A DNA stretch of 64,000 nt from Phoronis australis (GCA_002633005.1 NMRA01000054.1:376952-440951); one strand, 5' to 3'. Numbered from the stretch's first letter, positions 1 to 12,237 are shown. Numbers and translations: made by a program. Notes: generated by a model from the letters alone, not told the origin.

Positions 1-308
1 TAATCGTACGGTGCTTTGTCATTTGTTGGCCTAAGACTAGCCGTTATCCTGCAAGTTAATAATGTTGTTTGATGCATCTTTGGTCCCTCTTCATCATATT
101 TGGACACATTAACCATAGCTTCTACCAAAAATATTTGGAAAAATTGTGTACATTCACAACAATCGTAGAAACCAGTGAAATATAAAAAGGGCAATTTTAG
201 CAATTATTTTTGTGCGAAATTGGTGACATTTTACCTTGAATGCGATTCTAAAAATTGTGTTATCATGCCGATATGATCAAGGTTAATGCATGTCACCTTT
301 GTTCACAG

Positions 309-428
309 GATGCAATAAAGTTTTTGCGCAAGAACTGTAAAGAAATGGTGCCTACTATGGACAGTAACCTGTGCATGAGTCTGCTCAAGCTGCTCGACTG
401 TTTCTTTGCACCGTTCATTCCTAAAGAG
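309..428 (+). CDS. DNAH1: Axonemal dynein heavy chain internal exon (AAA2 C-terminal/lid region); gene starts upstream of the window
   Basis: ttcacag|GAT...GAG|gtacgt; 120 nt; DAIKFLRKNCKEMVPTMDSNLCMSLLKLLDCFFAPFIPKE; in frame with the following exons. Confidence 0.9.
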
Positions 429-2734
429 GTACGTCTGCTCTCCATGCTGCCTGTCATGTGACTCCTGTGTGAAATAACTGTGTGTGTTCGGTACGAGGCT
501 CAGCTGTTCTTTCTGGTAACGAAGTCTTGCTACATCCGTTTCATTGTATTCATTCAGGGTTTGGCTTTTCAAACTCCATAGGGGCAATGAAACAATTATC
601 TTCTAAGCCATGGCCATAGACCCTTTGTTAAGCTGTGTTTGTCTAATGCACAGGCCAACTGGGTCGGGGTTCACAAAGAACTACTTACACTGACCTTACA
701 TGTCAATTTCAGAACTAGGCCTATTTGGTGTGAACACCCCATGATTTGCAACCAGACCCAGAATTCTAAGCCTCTATATAGACTATTTACCACTCCAAGC
801 CCACAATAGTCTTGCATTATATGAGAAGTTCTATGTGAAATGACAAGTACTTGCTGAGGTTGGGTCACAGAGAATAATACCTTCTAGGTTACTTCATCAT
901 AACCATGTCAAAAAGAGTTTTTTATAGAAAAGTTTTTTCAGTTTCCTTTAATTTGGAGGCCATCAAGGGTCATTCAACCGTTATATTTACTTTCGTTGTT
1001 TAGAACATAGTAAGAAATATTTTTCCGTAAATAGTTGTATGCAGGTACATTGCCAATTCAAATAATTTTCTAAAGAAACCATTTTTAACTTAGTGGTTGC
1101 TAGATGTATCAACTAATTGGCCTTATGTTTATTTTTACGTTTCCCTCCATGACTTTGGAAAATTTCTTCAAGTTGATTAGAATTAGCCAGTTTTGTTGAA
1201 AACTCTGTGTGATGGTATTTGTCTCAACTTTCTTGTTGCCATCTTTCTTGCAAAATGATGTCAGGATCGCCTTGAATTTGATGCTAGAAACCTTCGAGCA
1301 TTTCTGTCGTCAGACATTGACGTGAGTGTCCGTCAGCAATAGTAATATCACCGTGGCATGAAACAAAGAAGAATGCAGTTAAATTGCATGGGCATGATCA
1401 CAGCTTTGTAGATACTCCCAAACCCACGACACTGAGAACTATAGGCAGTATTAGTTTGCTGTTACTTCATATGTTCATTGTTGGCAATGTTTAGTCTCAC
1501 GGTAATTATTATTTTCTGGAACAAACATTATCGTCTGCTCTAGTAGCAACAACTGTGTTAGTTGTGTACAGTTTGTTACTGTCACGTATACGAACTTAGG
1601 AAATGTTTGTGTGTCTTACCTCCTACATTATTCAGTTTTCAAGGTGTTTTTGCGGGTGTTTGAATTTGTTTGCTGTGTTTTACTAACTCATTTGATGGAG
1701 TGTGCTGTGTTGTAGTTGTATGAAGCTACTCATCATCTAAATCGGATATCACTGCAACTGCACCAGAATTTTCATTTGAAAGTTGCACGATTACGCTTTA
1801 CTGATTGCTGTCTGAGTTGATGACTTTGTGACATCCAAGTCACCTTCTCATTCATGTGCCAAAAATGAGTTGACCTCAGGTCACAGTTCAAGGCATGTCT
1901 CATTTGAACGAGCTCTTATCAAAAAAGTTCTTTATTACTGAGAAATGAAATTTCACAATAAATTTGAGAAAAGTAACTCTTGAAACTCATTGCATAAGCA
2001 ACATTCCACTGTCATGCGGAAAAGATATTTTGAGGGCTTCATTTTGCTAGCTATTCAATTTGTGTGGTTTGCTTTCACTTATGTTTGTTTTGTTTTGCAC
2101 TAACTCTACGCCCTTCTTATCTGGGCCACAGCGTGAGGTCAAAATTCTAAAGATAGCAGGAAGAGAGCAAGTGGTCACGCTCAACCAGGTACTCGGGATG
2201 GTGAACTTTCTTTTACTCAAGTCTTGGCATATAATTGAACTGATGTTTGCATTTCCTTCTTTTCCAGCTAAGTTAAATTTACATTGATTGTGTGACAGTG
2301 TAATAAAAAAATTTTCTGGCGATGCATCTGATACTTATTGAGTATTGTTTTCTATGTAATAAAATAACCTCCATTGCATCCATTTCATTACATTAACCAA
2401 TGTATTTTCATTGATTTGCCATATTTATGCTGTTTGACTGCAGAAGTTTCTTCAATCTGTCTTCATCGTCAACGATACAGGTTTTTGTACCAAATTTTGA
2501 GTATTTCCAATGGGTTAGTTCAGAGAGCTCAAAGAAACATTTTTATCGTGACAATCTTAATGATGATATTCAGCAATCATGTCACCTAGTGGACAAATTT
2601 TACAAAACTAAACAGCCCCGAGAGCTGTTTTAGAAGTAACACCAGTGATATGCATTTTTGACTCTGTGCGTAGTGTGAATAACATTCAGAATACTTTGGA
2701 CCAGGACAGTAATATGTTACCTTATTCACTTAAG

Positions 2735-2893
2735 GGAGACCCACCAATCTCCGAGGAACGCTTATCCAGGATACCAGAACTGATTGAGCCGTGGTTCCTG
2801 TTCTCACTGATATGGTCGGTAGGAGCGACGTGTGATAATGATGGCCGCGTCAAATTCAGTGACTGGGTGCGCGAGAAGTCAACTGAGTATGGG
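2735..2893 (+). CDS. DNAH1: Dynein heavy chain exon
   Basis: cttaag|GGA...GGG|gtgagt; GDPPISEERLSRIPELIEPWFLFSLIWSVGATCDNDGRVKFSDWVREKSTEYG (FLFSLIWSVG dynein motif). Confidence 0.92.
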
Positions 2894-3312
2894 GTGAGTC
2901 AAGAAGTTTACTGAAGCTGTATGTTTTATTGTATTAATTGCTTTTCCTGCAGCTTTTGTCACTGAACTTGATGAGAAAAGAGAAAAGGAGTGATTGAGAA
3001 GAAACATGATAAATTGGGAAGTAGGAGGCTGACTACCTTGTTCAGTTGTTTTCAAAACTTGTGCAATGTTGTAATATTTACGGGCACACTTTACGTTACT
3101 CTTGATCATGGTTTGAGTCCCACTGGAACACACTGCTAGAGCTTTGAGTCATGTATACTATTCTGTTTCGAGCTACGATACGATTTGTTGGCTTGTTGGT
3201 CAAATTTGGAAGATTGTATGCTGTCTTTTATAAGCTAGAGAAAGTGTTTTTTTTTTGTCTTTTAATTGTCTCTGAGAAGCCTTCATGGAAGTTTATTTTG
3301 TCTTACCAACAG

Positions 3313-3435
3313 GTGGAACTACCATTCCCTGATGCTGGTCTGGTGTATGACTATCGACTGGATGATGCTGGAATCAGCAAGACCAAACTGGATGATGATG
3401 AAGATGAGGAGGAAGAGGGCAAGGCACTGAAAAAG
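3313..3435 (+). CDS. DNAH1: Dynein heavy chain exon
   Basis: caacag|GTG...AAG|gtgagt; VELPFPDAGLVYDYRLDDAGISKTKLDDDEDEEEEGKALKK. Confidence 0.92.
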
Positions 3436-4686
3436 GTGAGTCAGCAAAAGGAACATGTTGAGGGACTGTGCTGCACTCTGGTGGATTTAGGTATCTGTGA
3501 CAGAAGGTAGTCAGTATAGTTCACAGAAGATATGAAGTTATCATAGGTGTCCGTGCTTGTGAATTGGAGATTTAAGGTAATTATGTTATACCTTATCTAC
3601 AGAACTATAGATTTTAACTTGGTAAAAGGGTATATTTTTTGAAAGTAGAAAACCTATGGTCTTTTAAAATTTAGCAAAAAAGAAAGGTACATTTGGTATC
3701 AATAACGTGATCAAATTTCATTTATTTGATACAAATATTCAAGATGATATAATTTCAAAAACGCTGCTTTCTTTTTCTGTATTATTTTGTTTAATTCATT
3801 TTACGCAACTTATGAGTTTTTCATAGAAATCATAAATGTTACATTCTATTTTCTGTTAACACTTCATACAAAAGTGAAGCACTTTAAAGTCAATTTCTAA
3901 CATCGCTTAGAACAGTGCATTAAGCACGGTACCTTCACGTTAGAGTTTCATAGGATTCCAATCAATTGATGTTCCAAAGTTAGCCAAATTTGGACATTTT
4001 TCTAGGAACCTAAATGACTTTAAAAACTATGAAAGACTATAGAGATGTTGTTTGCAGGAAGATGTCTGGTGATAGCCATAGTAACAGACTATGTGTTCTC
4101 ATGTTGTGTGGCATGGTTACCCCTAAGCCATGTTGTAAGGGATGAGTTTGGCAACATTGCTACAACATGCAGTCAGTGTCTCAGGAATTTAAGACTTCTA
4201 TTTACCCATCACTCTTGTTACTTTAGTTTGAAGACTGAAGTGGTTGAGTCTGATCCTGGCCACACATTGTTTAGTGTGAGGTTGTTGATACATAATACAT
4301 TATGTGCAGCTTTTATTGAATTTGTTAATTATAATTAACTAAGTAAGATGATTGACAGGTGAATATTAACTAGATGCGAAAAAAAAAATATAAATCACAA
4401 ATTTTGGAACTTACTGTAAAGAGATTTCGCAACGCTGGGAAAATTATTTTACAATAAGTTACAGAAGTTGTAATTTTTATTTTTTTTCACATCTAGAATT
4501 AAAATATATTTGAAATAAAAGACTTCTTGATATGAGAAATGTGTCCCTAAATTTCTAATTTTTGAAATACTATCTATGACATGTGCATTGTTACAGTATT
4601 ATTTTTCAAGAGCCATTTAGTCCCGAACTGTGTTGTGTCATTTGTCCGTCCAGTGAGTTATAAGGAGCATAACGTGTTATTTGCAG

Positions 4687-4827
4687 ATTTGCTGGCGTAA
4701 CTGGATGCACGGCCTGCCACAGTTCACCATCTCAGCGGACACCAGCTACTCTGACATCATTGTGCCCACGTTGGACACCGTGAGGAATGCCAAGATCCTG
4801 GAGATGTTACTCACTACAAACAAAACT
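4687..4827 (+). CDS. DNAH1: Dynein heavy chain exon (absent from ORF track)
   Basis: ttgcag|ATT...ACT|gtaagt; ICWRNWMHGLPQFTISADTSYSDIIVPTLDTVRNAKILEMLLTTNKT (IIVPTxDTVR motif). Confidence 0.92.
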
Positions 4828-5112
4828 GTAAGTGGACAAGTTCTATGAATAGTGTGCACCTAAAGTTCCCTATCCTGCTCTGATTAGGTCAAGCCAAAAT
4901 TTCAAACTTAAATAAATCACGTTAGTGGTGGTAAATTTAGCTAATGAAGCTATCGATGAGCTTCATTTGATTTTAATGTCGTCTGATATCAAAATGTATC
5001 GTTAACATGCCTTGGATAGTTGCCGCATTCAACGTGAGATCAGTGGTGTCTGAATATGCTGCAGTGAATGACAACATTGAACTTCATTGAAATACTTACC
5101 TTTTCTCGGCAG

Positions 5113-5273
5113 GCCTTGTGTATTGGTCCCACGGGTACCGGTAAAACACTGGCCGTGGCTGACAAGCTGCTGCGAGGCATGCCAAAGGAATACGTCCCAG
5201 AGTTCATGGTGTTCTCGGCCAAGACCAGTGCCAATCAAACACAGGACTTGATTGATGGCAAGCTGGACAAGAG
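5113..5273 (+). CDS. DNAH1: Dynein heavy chain exon, AAA3 Walker A
   Basis: cggcag|GCC...AG|gtatgt; ALCIGPTGTGKT...FSAKTSANQTQDLIDGKLDKR. Confidence 0.96.
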
Positions 5274-5880
5274 GTATGTGTTTTTAAATTATTGGACGGT
5301 ACTTCTGAGACACGACAAGACTGATCATCTCTCCTTAGTGTCTATAAATAAGTTGCAGCTCTTGGTATTTTTCTCGTCTGGAATTGCAAGTACAATGTTC
5401 TAAGTAATGGGTGTTTAGCTAATGAAAAGTTTTAGAATAGCTGGCAGGCACGTCACTTCTGAGCAATAACAAATTCCAGCACTTCTGAGGTGAGTCTTGT
5501 GACACTATAAGTAGAGCACTGTATTCATTTTGATACTTGCGTGAAGTTTATAGTGAAAGTTAATATTTCTTGCTTAAAGGTCAGTTTGAATTGTTGTTAA
5601 GATTCTGTTAAGGTCAGTTTTTCAGTGTTTTTAAGTTGGTCATAAATACAGAACACATGAAATGATAAATTTTCTCTGAGATTTTTTACATTCCAATGGG
5701 TAACACAAAGCACAGCTCATGCCTCATATTAGCTAAATCAAAGAGAACTTTGCAATGAAAATTGTATACCTGAAAGAATCATCAATTTTGCAACACTTAA
5801 TTATTCCTTCTGAAATTCTATCGATTTTTTGCACCATTTTGTATCTTGTCAGTTCTTCTCTCTCACTTCCTCGTTCACAG

Positions 5881-6038
5881 ACGTAAGGGTGTGTTTGGCC
5901 CGCCCCTTGGCAAGTACTTTGTGTTCTTTGTGGATGATCTCAACATGCCTGCGCTGGAGGTCTACGGTGCTCAGCCTCCTATTGAGCTGGTTCGTCAGTG
6001 GATGGACTTCAAGGGATGGTACGATCGCAAGGCCATCG
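5881..6038 (+). CDS. DNAH1: Dynein heavy chain exon, AAA3 Walker B
   Basis: tcacag|A CGT...ATC G|gtgagt; [52 protein letters not shown]. Confidence 0.96.
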
Positions 6039-6586
6039 GTGAGTTTTCACCGGGGAATTAGCTGTTGTTCTAGACGTTGCTTAGCAGATTATCTTATTGG
6101 CAATGTGTTTGGTCTTACACAGTTGTGATTATGAAAACCCTTAGCTGATGATATCGCAAACACTTTTAAGTGTGGTCATTACACCACGTCACACATCACG
6201 TGACCTAATGAATATAAGTCTGTAAAGATTTCTGCCCCACATTCCACGCCGGTTTTAGAATTACATATTACGTAATTATGTTTATATAGTTGATAATGTT
6301 TTGGGAAGCATTGACTGTCCAAGTGTCAGCATTGAAAGATAACTGTAGCATTTGCTCGGAGAATACGTTAACACAGCAACTTTCAACAGCTTATTGGTTT
6401 GTTTATGTTATGATGATGCTCTTCAAAATAATGTGAACATTATCCAGTTTTAGTGCGCGTGAACATTATTCAGTTTTAATGCATGTGAACATTAAGGTCT
6501 GTCCTCATTTTAGAACCTTTGTCATAAGTAAGTACTAGTGACATGTTTTCATTTTTGACATATTTAGTTTGTTAATTCTTTCTTAG

Positions 6587-6760
6587 GCGACTTTCGTAAC
6601 CTCGTTGACGTCAACTTCGTGTGTGCCATGGGCCCACCAGGTGGCGGTAGGAACCCTGTAACGCCACGTCTGCTACGTCATTTCAACTTCCTGTCTTTCA
6701 CTGAGTTGGAGGATTCCAGTAAATTCAAGATCTTCAGCTCTATCCTAAATTCATGGACTG
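6587..6760 (+). CDS. DNAH1: Dynein heavy chain exon, AAA3
   Basis: tcttag|GC...ACT G|gtgagt; DFRNLVDVNFVCAMGPPGGGRNPVTPRLLRHFNFLSFTELEDSSKFKIFSSILNSWT. Confidence 0.95.
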
Positions 6761-7208
6761 GTGAGTGACGACTTCTTGACTCCTCAGTAGGAAATCTTGC
6801 CACACAGATATTCTGTGATTTCTTAGTTCTATTTAAGGGGATAAGTATGTATGTGAAATACACTTGGCAAGGCTGTTTTGGACTGGCAGGTCGACCTATT
6901 TTGTTTATGCGATGTGTTAAGCAAGACGTTGTGCCTCATTCACAATATATTGGTCGTCTTTGTAGTCTTTGGTGAATACTGCAAAATTATGATTTGTGTA
7001 ATTTTTGTTAGCTGTATCATTTCAAATCAGTTTTATTGATGATTCATTTGCATATTAGCTGTTTTTATTCATAAGCTGGAACAGAACGATGACTGACTAA
7101 ATTCTTGTTAATTACATTGTGGGCGTCTGGTTTGAATCGCACAAGATAGTGCAGTGAACCTTGTATATCGTAACCCAGATATTGTCGATAAATGCTTTGT
7201 ATGGACAG

Positions 7209-7244
7209 ATCCTGAAGATTCGTATGGCACCCACTATAGAGATG
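7209..7244 (+). CDS. Candidate 36-nt alternative micro-exon of the dynein gene
   Basis: ggacag|AT CCT...GAT G|gtatgg; phase 1 at both ends, matching the flanking exons; open frame DPEDSYGTHYRD; weak polypyrimidine tract. Confidence 0.4.
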
Positions 7245-7390
7245 GTATGGATTTTTTTATTGTTGATTTGCTTATTTATAGATTGAATTTCAATTTTTGT
7301 TCAGCTTCATTATTGTCTTGATAAAGTACCAGGTGAAGTTGTTTCTTGTCTTGGTTTCCTTATAGTGTCAATTCATGACCTTCTTTTTAG

Positions 7391-7417
7391 GACGATTGCC
7401 AAACTTGGCAGAACACT
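7391..7417 (+). CDS. Candidate 27-nt alternative micro-exon derived from a duplicated exon 5' end
   Basis: ccttctttttag|GA CGA TTG CCA AAC TTG GCA GAA CAC T|gtaagt; strong acceptor and consensus donor; frame-preserving; RLPNLAEH(C) resembles DEIAQHC of exon 8504. Confidence 0.45.
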
Positions 7418-8039
7418 GTAAGTTGAATGTGAATGTATGACTGCTAACATTGTATGACACACTACAGTGCAGTGTCTGTGTGCAACCGCAATTTAATGTA
7501 TTAGTAAATGGAGATTGATGCATTGCTGTGATTGACATATCTTGATTTGTTCAATCCTGTGACATCGTACTTACAGGTACATATTATTAACAGTTGTTGG
7601 ATAATAACTCACGGCATGGCCTGTGGCCCACGAGTGATTTAATATAACTTCCGGGTGTTAATATTAAAAGCTTGTGTTAATCATAGCTGTTGCTTGTGAC
7701 ACCATGTTGGACAGGAGTGATGAGAAAAAGCTTTGATGCTGCATGGAGGATGACAATGCGAATAATGTTTTATGAGTGCTTTTGCTTACTAAAAAAATCT
7801 AACCTCGATTAAAAGTTGGTTGCAAGTTAAGCACCACTGTCTGTTTGGTTTGGAGCGAAATGGTCTAGCTGTTGTCGATTCACACAGAAATGTCTCTTAG
7901 GTGCTTGTTTGTTTATGTCGAAAGTTAAAATAGTGGTCGAAAGTGTACAGACCATATTCATAGTTGTGGATGTCGGAATTTTACTTGTATGTTCACTCAT
8001 CACAGCCCAGGAAATTATCATTCATATTACCACGGTCTC

Positions 8040-8445
8040 TTGAAGCAGTAAATGAATGTCATTCAAATATAGTATGTGATGTCATAATTGGTGCCTTGTC
8101 CAACTGCAAATGTCCCTTATATACTCAAGACCTTAGGCATTCTAAAACATTTTGCATGAGGTCATCGCCTTAAGAAATTACTGAAACATTTGGAATTTGT
8201 TGCTTTTAATACAATGGCAAATGCCAGATCGCCATACTGCGTGAACTACTGGTGAATACATGTGTCAACACATGCGACACTATAAACAACCAAGTTTTGT
8301 TTATCCAGGTCTATGATTTATGTATGATGTTCACTAAACGTTCTTTGTGTTACAGTTAACTGCGATCAAACCACTGTGAACAATTGTTCAGTGCAAGAAT
8401 CGGTCTGTGTAACATCTTCTACGCTTAAGTGTTTTCCATGCCGTC
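8040..8445 (+). pseudogene. Cluster of decayed tandem copies (pseudoexons) of the dynein exon at 8504
   Basis: About 8214-8300 reads QIAILRELLVNTCVNTCDTINNQVL and 8356-8445 reads NCDQ/HCEQLFSARIGLCNIFYA*, versus the real EIAQHCEQLINTCINVYNTITTQLL. About 8040-8155 ends YTQDLRHSKTF versus YTFNLRDLSKVF. Confidence 0.7.
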
Positions 8446-8503
8446 TATACTGTTTGGCTTTATATTTCTCACTGCATTACTAAAATTGTTGACCGTGTTA
8501 CAG

Positions 8504-8682
8504 TTGACAATGATGAGATCGCTCAACACTGTGAACAGCTGATCAACACATGTATCAATGTGTATAATACCATTACCACCCAACTGCTACCAACACCTGC
8601 CAAGAGTCACTACACGTTCAACTTGAGAGATCTGTCCAAGGTGTTCCAAGGAATGCTTATGGCTCCCATCGATACCCTAAAG
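8504..8682 (+). CDS. DNAH1: Dynein heavy chain exon, AAA3 lid (absent from ORF track)
   Basis: gttacag|TT GAC...AAG|gtattg; DNDEIAQHCEQLINTCINVYNTITTQLLPTPAKSHYTFNLRDLSKVFQGMLMAPIDTLK. Confidence 0.95.
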
Positions 8683-9068
8683 GTATTGAGAGTTTTGTTA
8701 GTTTTAAATAAATGAGTGTCACTTAGCTTACACAGGGCTCGATGCTTAGCATAACCTCAACTCGCCAAATGCAACCTGGCAAAATTCCCAGGTCGCCCAA
8801 TGAGAAGTAAGCTTCCCATAACACAAGAAACCTTGTTTGCGGGATAAGAGTGTACTGGCCTTCACAAACAACACTTAGTTGGCAACAGTTGAAAATGAAA
8901 ATATAAGATAACTGAATTGAAAACTGGGTCAACTGGGAGCTCAGGCGGCATTTTGATGATGATTAATTCCTACCTGGGGGCCCAATTTCACAACCTCATA
9001 CCCAGGAGAAGCAAACTATCACAAGACTGTGCATTTGATTGAAAAATACTCTCATTTTCGCTTGACAG

Positions 9069-9302
9069 AGCTTGGGTGATTTGCTGCGACTTTGGTACCA
9101 CGAGAGTTGTCGTGTGTTCCAAGACCGTCTGGTGAACGAGGAGGATCGCATGTGGTTTGACAACTTGACTCGGCAGAAGATGAAGGAGGACTTCCGTATG
9201 GAGTTCGATGAAGTTGTCACCCTGACTCCCGTGCTCTACGGTGACTTCATGGCTCCCAACATGGACAACAAGATTTATGCTGAGATACAGGATCATGCAA
9301 AG
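9069..9302 (+). CDS. DNAH1: Dynein heavy chain exon
   Basis: tgacag|AGC...AAG|gtaact; SLGDLLRLWYHESCRVFQDRLVNEEDRMWF...LYGDFM. Confidence 0.95.
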
Positions 9303-9899
9303 GTAACTGACTAGTTAGTCTGGGGTTGGTAGGATGATGTCATTCTGTATTACCAGTTATGTTCTGGTAATACTAGCGTCACAGTATGTGTTGTTTGGGT
9401 AGCACCTCATTCATGATATTAGACACTACAGTGTTGCATAGATTTTTTTGTTTCAAGCTAAATTTGCAAACAAGAACTGCTGCTCCTTTGTTACTAAATA
9501 CAACTCCGCTAATGATTATGCCCTGCCTGTGTCCTATTTTTCTTCTTGTTTATTTTTACTTTATGCCTATGCTAGAAGTATTTGATATCTTTTCAAGTCT
9601 TAGTTCCCGATTTTTGCTCTTCCTGTTCACGTTCCCTCTGAGATAAAATCCTTTCTAACACTTTCTGGGCATAACCCTGGTTATTGTACATTATATCTTT
9701 CATAATAAACTTTGAAAATTTTATGTTTGATATGTATAACATGGAGAGTTGTTTATGCCCAGATCAGATGAACAGTTCAATTTGTTTTATCATTACTACA
9801 CCCTGTCTTCTTATATTTTTATTTCGTATCTTTGTAATGACTGTCTTGGGCTGCACCTAGTCCTCAGGGTGATCCATTGACATTTTCCTTCTTTTGCAG

Positions 9900-10096
9900 A
9901 TGACCAAACAACTGGAGGAGTACTTGGAGGACTACAACCAGGTGAACACAGCACAGATGAGACTGGTGTTGTTCATGGATGCCATGAGACATGTCTGTCG
10001 TGTCACCCGGATTATACGCCAGCCATTGGGTAATGCCCTCCTGTTGGGTATGGGCGGCAGTGGACGTCAGAGTCTCACCAGACTATCTGCACACAT
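9900..10096 (+). CDS. DNAH1: Dynein heavy chain exon, AAA4 P-loop
   Basis: ttgcag|ATG...CAC AT|gtaggt; [41 protein letters not shown]. Confidence 0.96.
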
Positions 10097-10471
10097 GTAG
10101 GTGCCATTTGGAAGTATTGAGCGATAAATGGTCGATATGCAGTGTTACCAGTGCTTTCTCTATGCGTATATTAAGCAGTTTGTGTTCATGTGTTAGCGAA
10201 ATATTAGACAATATATACTCTCTAGTGTATGGACAATTTTGTACTAGAGGTCAGAATAAGCAGATCAGTGTGTGGTGTTTCTGTGTGCATTTTTGAACAA
10301 AGATGTATTTCTGTATTGGACCAGTTGTATGTATGGACATAGTGTGGTAAAGTTCATTTATCACCATTTAACTATTAGGTTGAAACAGTCTAGTAAACAA
10401 GGTTGATGCTGAGTCTTCTCACATTAAGCTCTGTTGACGGTTTGGTCATAACAAACTTTCTCATTTTTTAG

Positions 10472-10607
10472 AGCCGATTATGAGTGCTTCCAAATCGAGT
10501 TGTCCAAGAACTATGGGTTGACAGAATGGCGTGATGACTTGAAGAATGTGATGATGAAAGCAGGACTAGAGGCGCAGGCAACGGTCTTCTTGTTTAGTGA
10601 CACACAG
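10472..10607 (+). CDS. DNAH1: Dynein heavy chain exon, AAA4
   Basis: ttttag|A GCC...CAG|gtatgc; ADYECFQIELSKNYGLTEWRDDLKNVMMKAGLEAQATVFLFSDTQ. Confidence 0.95.
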
Positions 10608-11644
10608 GTATGCAGCACAGTTTGTGATTCTGGTCACCTGAACAAGGCCTTGTTTTGTGGAGTAATTGTCTCGGCACAATGGAATATATTGTGTTTGTGG
10701 TTTGTTGTTGAGTTTATAATAAAATAGCCGTAACGTATTAACAATAAGCACAAATTTCCTTTAATTCGTAATGCTGAAAGCAACTAAGTTTTGTTAGTAA
10801 TGTAACAATCACTGACAGACTATAAGTCACATTTGATATTTTTTCTTGTGTAGCATGTGTCAGTGTATAGTTTCCAACATGTTATCCAAGTCAGCTGTTA
10901 AAGACTATCTTCAACGATAACACCTGTAAATTTGGTTCCTACAGTATGTTAAGAGCATCGCTCTGAGCCCTCTAGTTCCATAAATTGCCATCTGTAACGA
11001 ACTGTTTGGTGTATTGGCTTGGTTTAGTCTATGTGGCCACGAGAATCACCTTTTAATTCAAACAGCTACAAATAACAACCGCACACTTTGATGTTTTATT
11101 CAGACCCCTATTCAATACAACCTTTTATTGTTTGTGCTGGGATCTTGCGGTGATGCAACATGGCATGAAAAGGCAGCTTCACTTATCATTTGACGGGCTT
11201 ATATTAAAGTGTTTTCTTATTTTACTTAGGCTTTGCTAGGACTATCTGGTTAGCCCAATACATCTAAAATAACAAAATTCCGTTCAAGTTAGGCCTTAAA
11301 CAGTAGCAGTGTGTAGAATTGATACGCAAAAATGTTCTGTACATGCAACAAGAGCAGTGTGCCCTGTGAGGCCATTTCTGTTGTCGCCTCTTTTCCATCA
11401 TTTTCAAAATGTCTTCCTTGATGGCTTTTCACAACGTTTTATTAACAGCCACTGACATGCATTGATTTTGTGATAGACCCCACTTTCATAATTTATTCCG
11501 TTATTATGGCATTGTCGTCTACGAGTTAGCCGTTAAATGTTAATACAGTTTTCTGTGTGGTGATAAACTCTCTTGCCAATACCTGTTTGCTGTTTCCCAC
11601 CAACAGTCACAGTCCAGTTAAATACAAGCTTTGACTAATTGCAG

Positions 11645-11853
11645 ATAAAGTCCGAGTCGTTTCTTGAGGACATCAACAACATTCTGAATGCTGGTGATGT
11701 GCCCAACATTTACAGCTTTGACGAGCTGGACCAGATCTACACGGCCATGAAACCCATCGTGCAGGACGCTGGTCAACAGCCAACTAAGACCAACTTGTTC
11801 TCAGCCTACACCAAGAGAGTCAAGTCGAATCTGCACACAGTCATAACAATGAG
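11645..11853 (+). CDS. DNAH1: Dynein heavy chain exon, AAA4
   Basis: ttgcag|ATA...AG|gtgaga; IKSESFLEDINNILNAGDVPNIY...NLHTVITM. Confidence 0.96.
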
Positions 11854-12055
11854 GTGAGAGTGATCTTGTGAAACTGGCCATTCACTAGTTTGTTGCTCTT
11901 GTTGAGCACAACAAATTCTTCAATTGTTTTGAGCAAAACTGACCATCAAAGTTGTGTTTTCTGTTGTTCAGAAGTATTTCATGTCTATTTCTATTTGCTT
12001 TTAATTTTCTTATGAAGTTCTGTTCTCTGTAAATCATAAGCTCTATAATCTAGGA

Positions 12056-12237
12056 ATTTGTTGATATTGTCCACTTAAAAGAGATTTGTTGATATTGTCC
12101 ACTTAAAAGAGAGATTTGTTGATATTGTCCACTTAAAAGAGAGATTTGTTGATACTGTCCACTTAAAAGAGAGATTTGTTGATACTGTCCACTTAAAAGA
12201 GAGATTTGTTGATATTGTCCACTTAAAAGAGAGATTT
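12056..12237. repeat. Intronic minisatellite, 30-bp unit, about 6 copies
   Basis: GAGATTTGTTGATAYTGTCCACTTAAAAGA repeated almost perfectly. Confidence 0.95.

Noticed and set aside
3385-3420. Acidic DDDEDEEEE insert in the dynein exon
   Set aside because: I recall a comparable acidic stretch at this position in DNAH1 orthologues, so it supports the DNAH1 call and is not novel.
7584-7710. Possible further copy of the duplicated exon (ttaacag|TT...)
   Set aside because: Immediate stops, and the segment is better explained as a short palindromic insertion (TATTAACA...TGTTAATA).
10048-10074. AAA4 P-loop GMGGSGRQS lacks the Walker A lysine
   Set aside because: GSGRQS/GSGKQS variants are normal in axonemal dynein AAA4.
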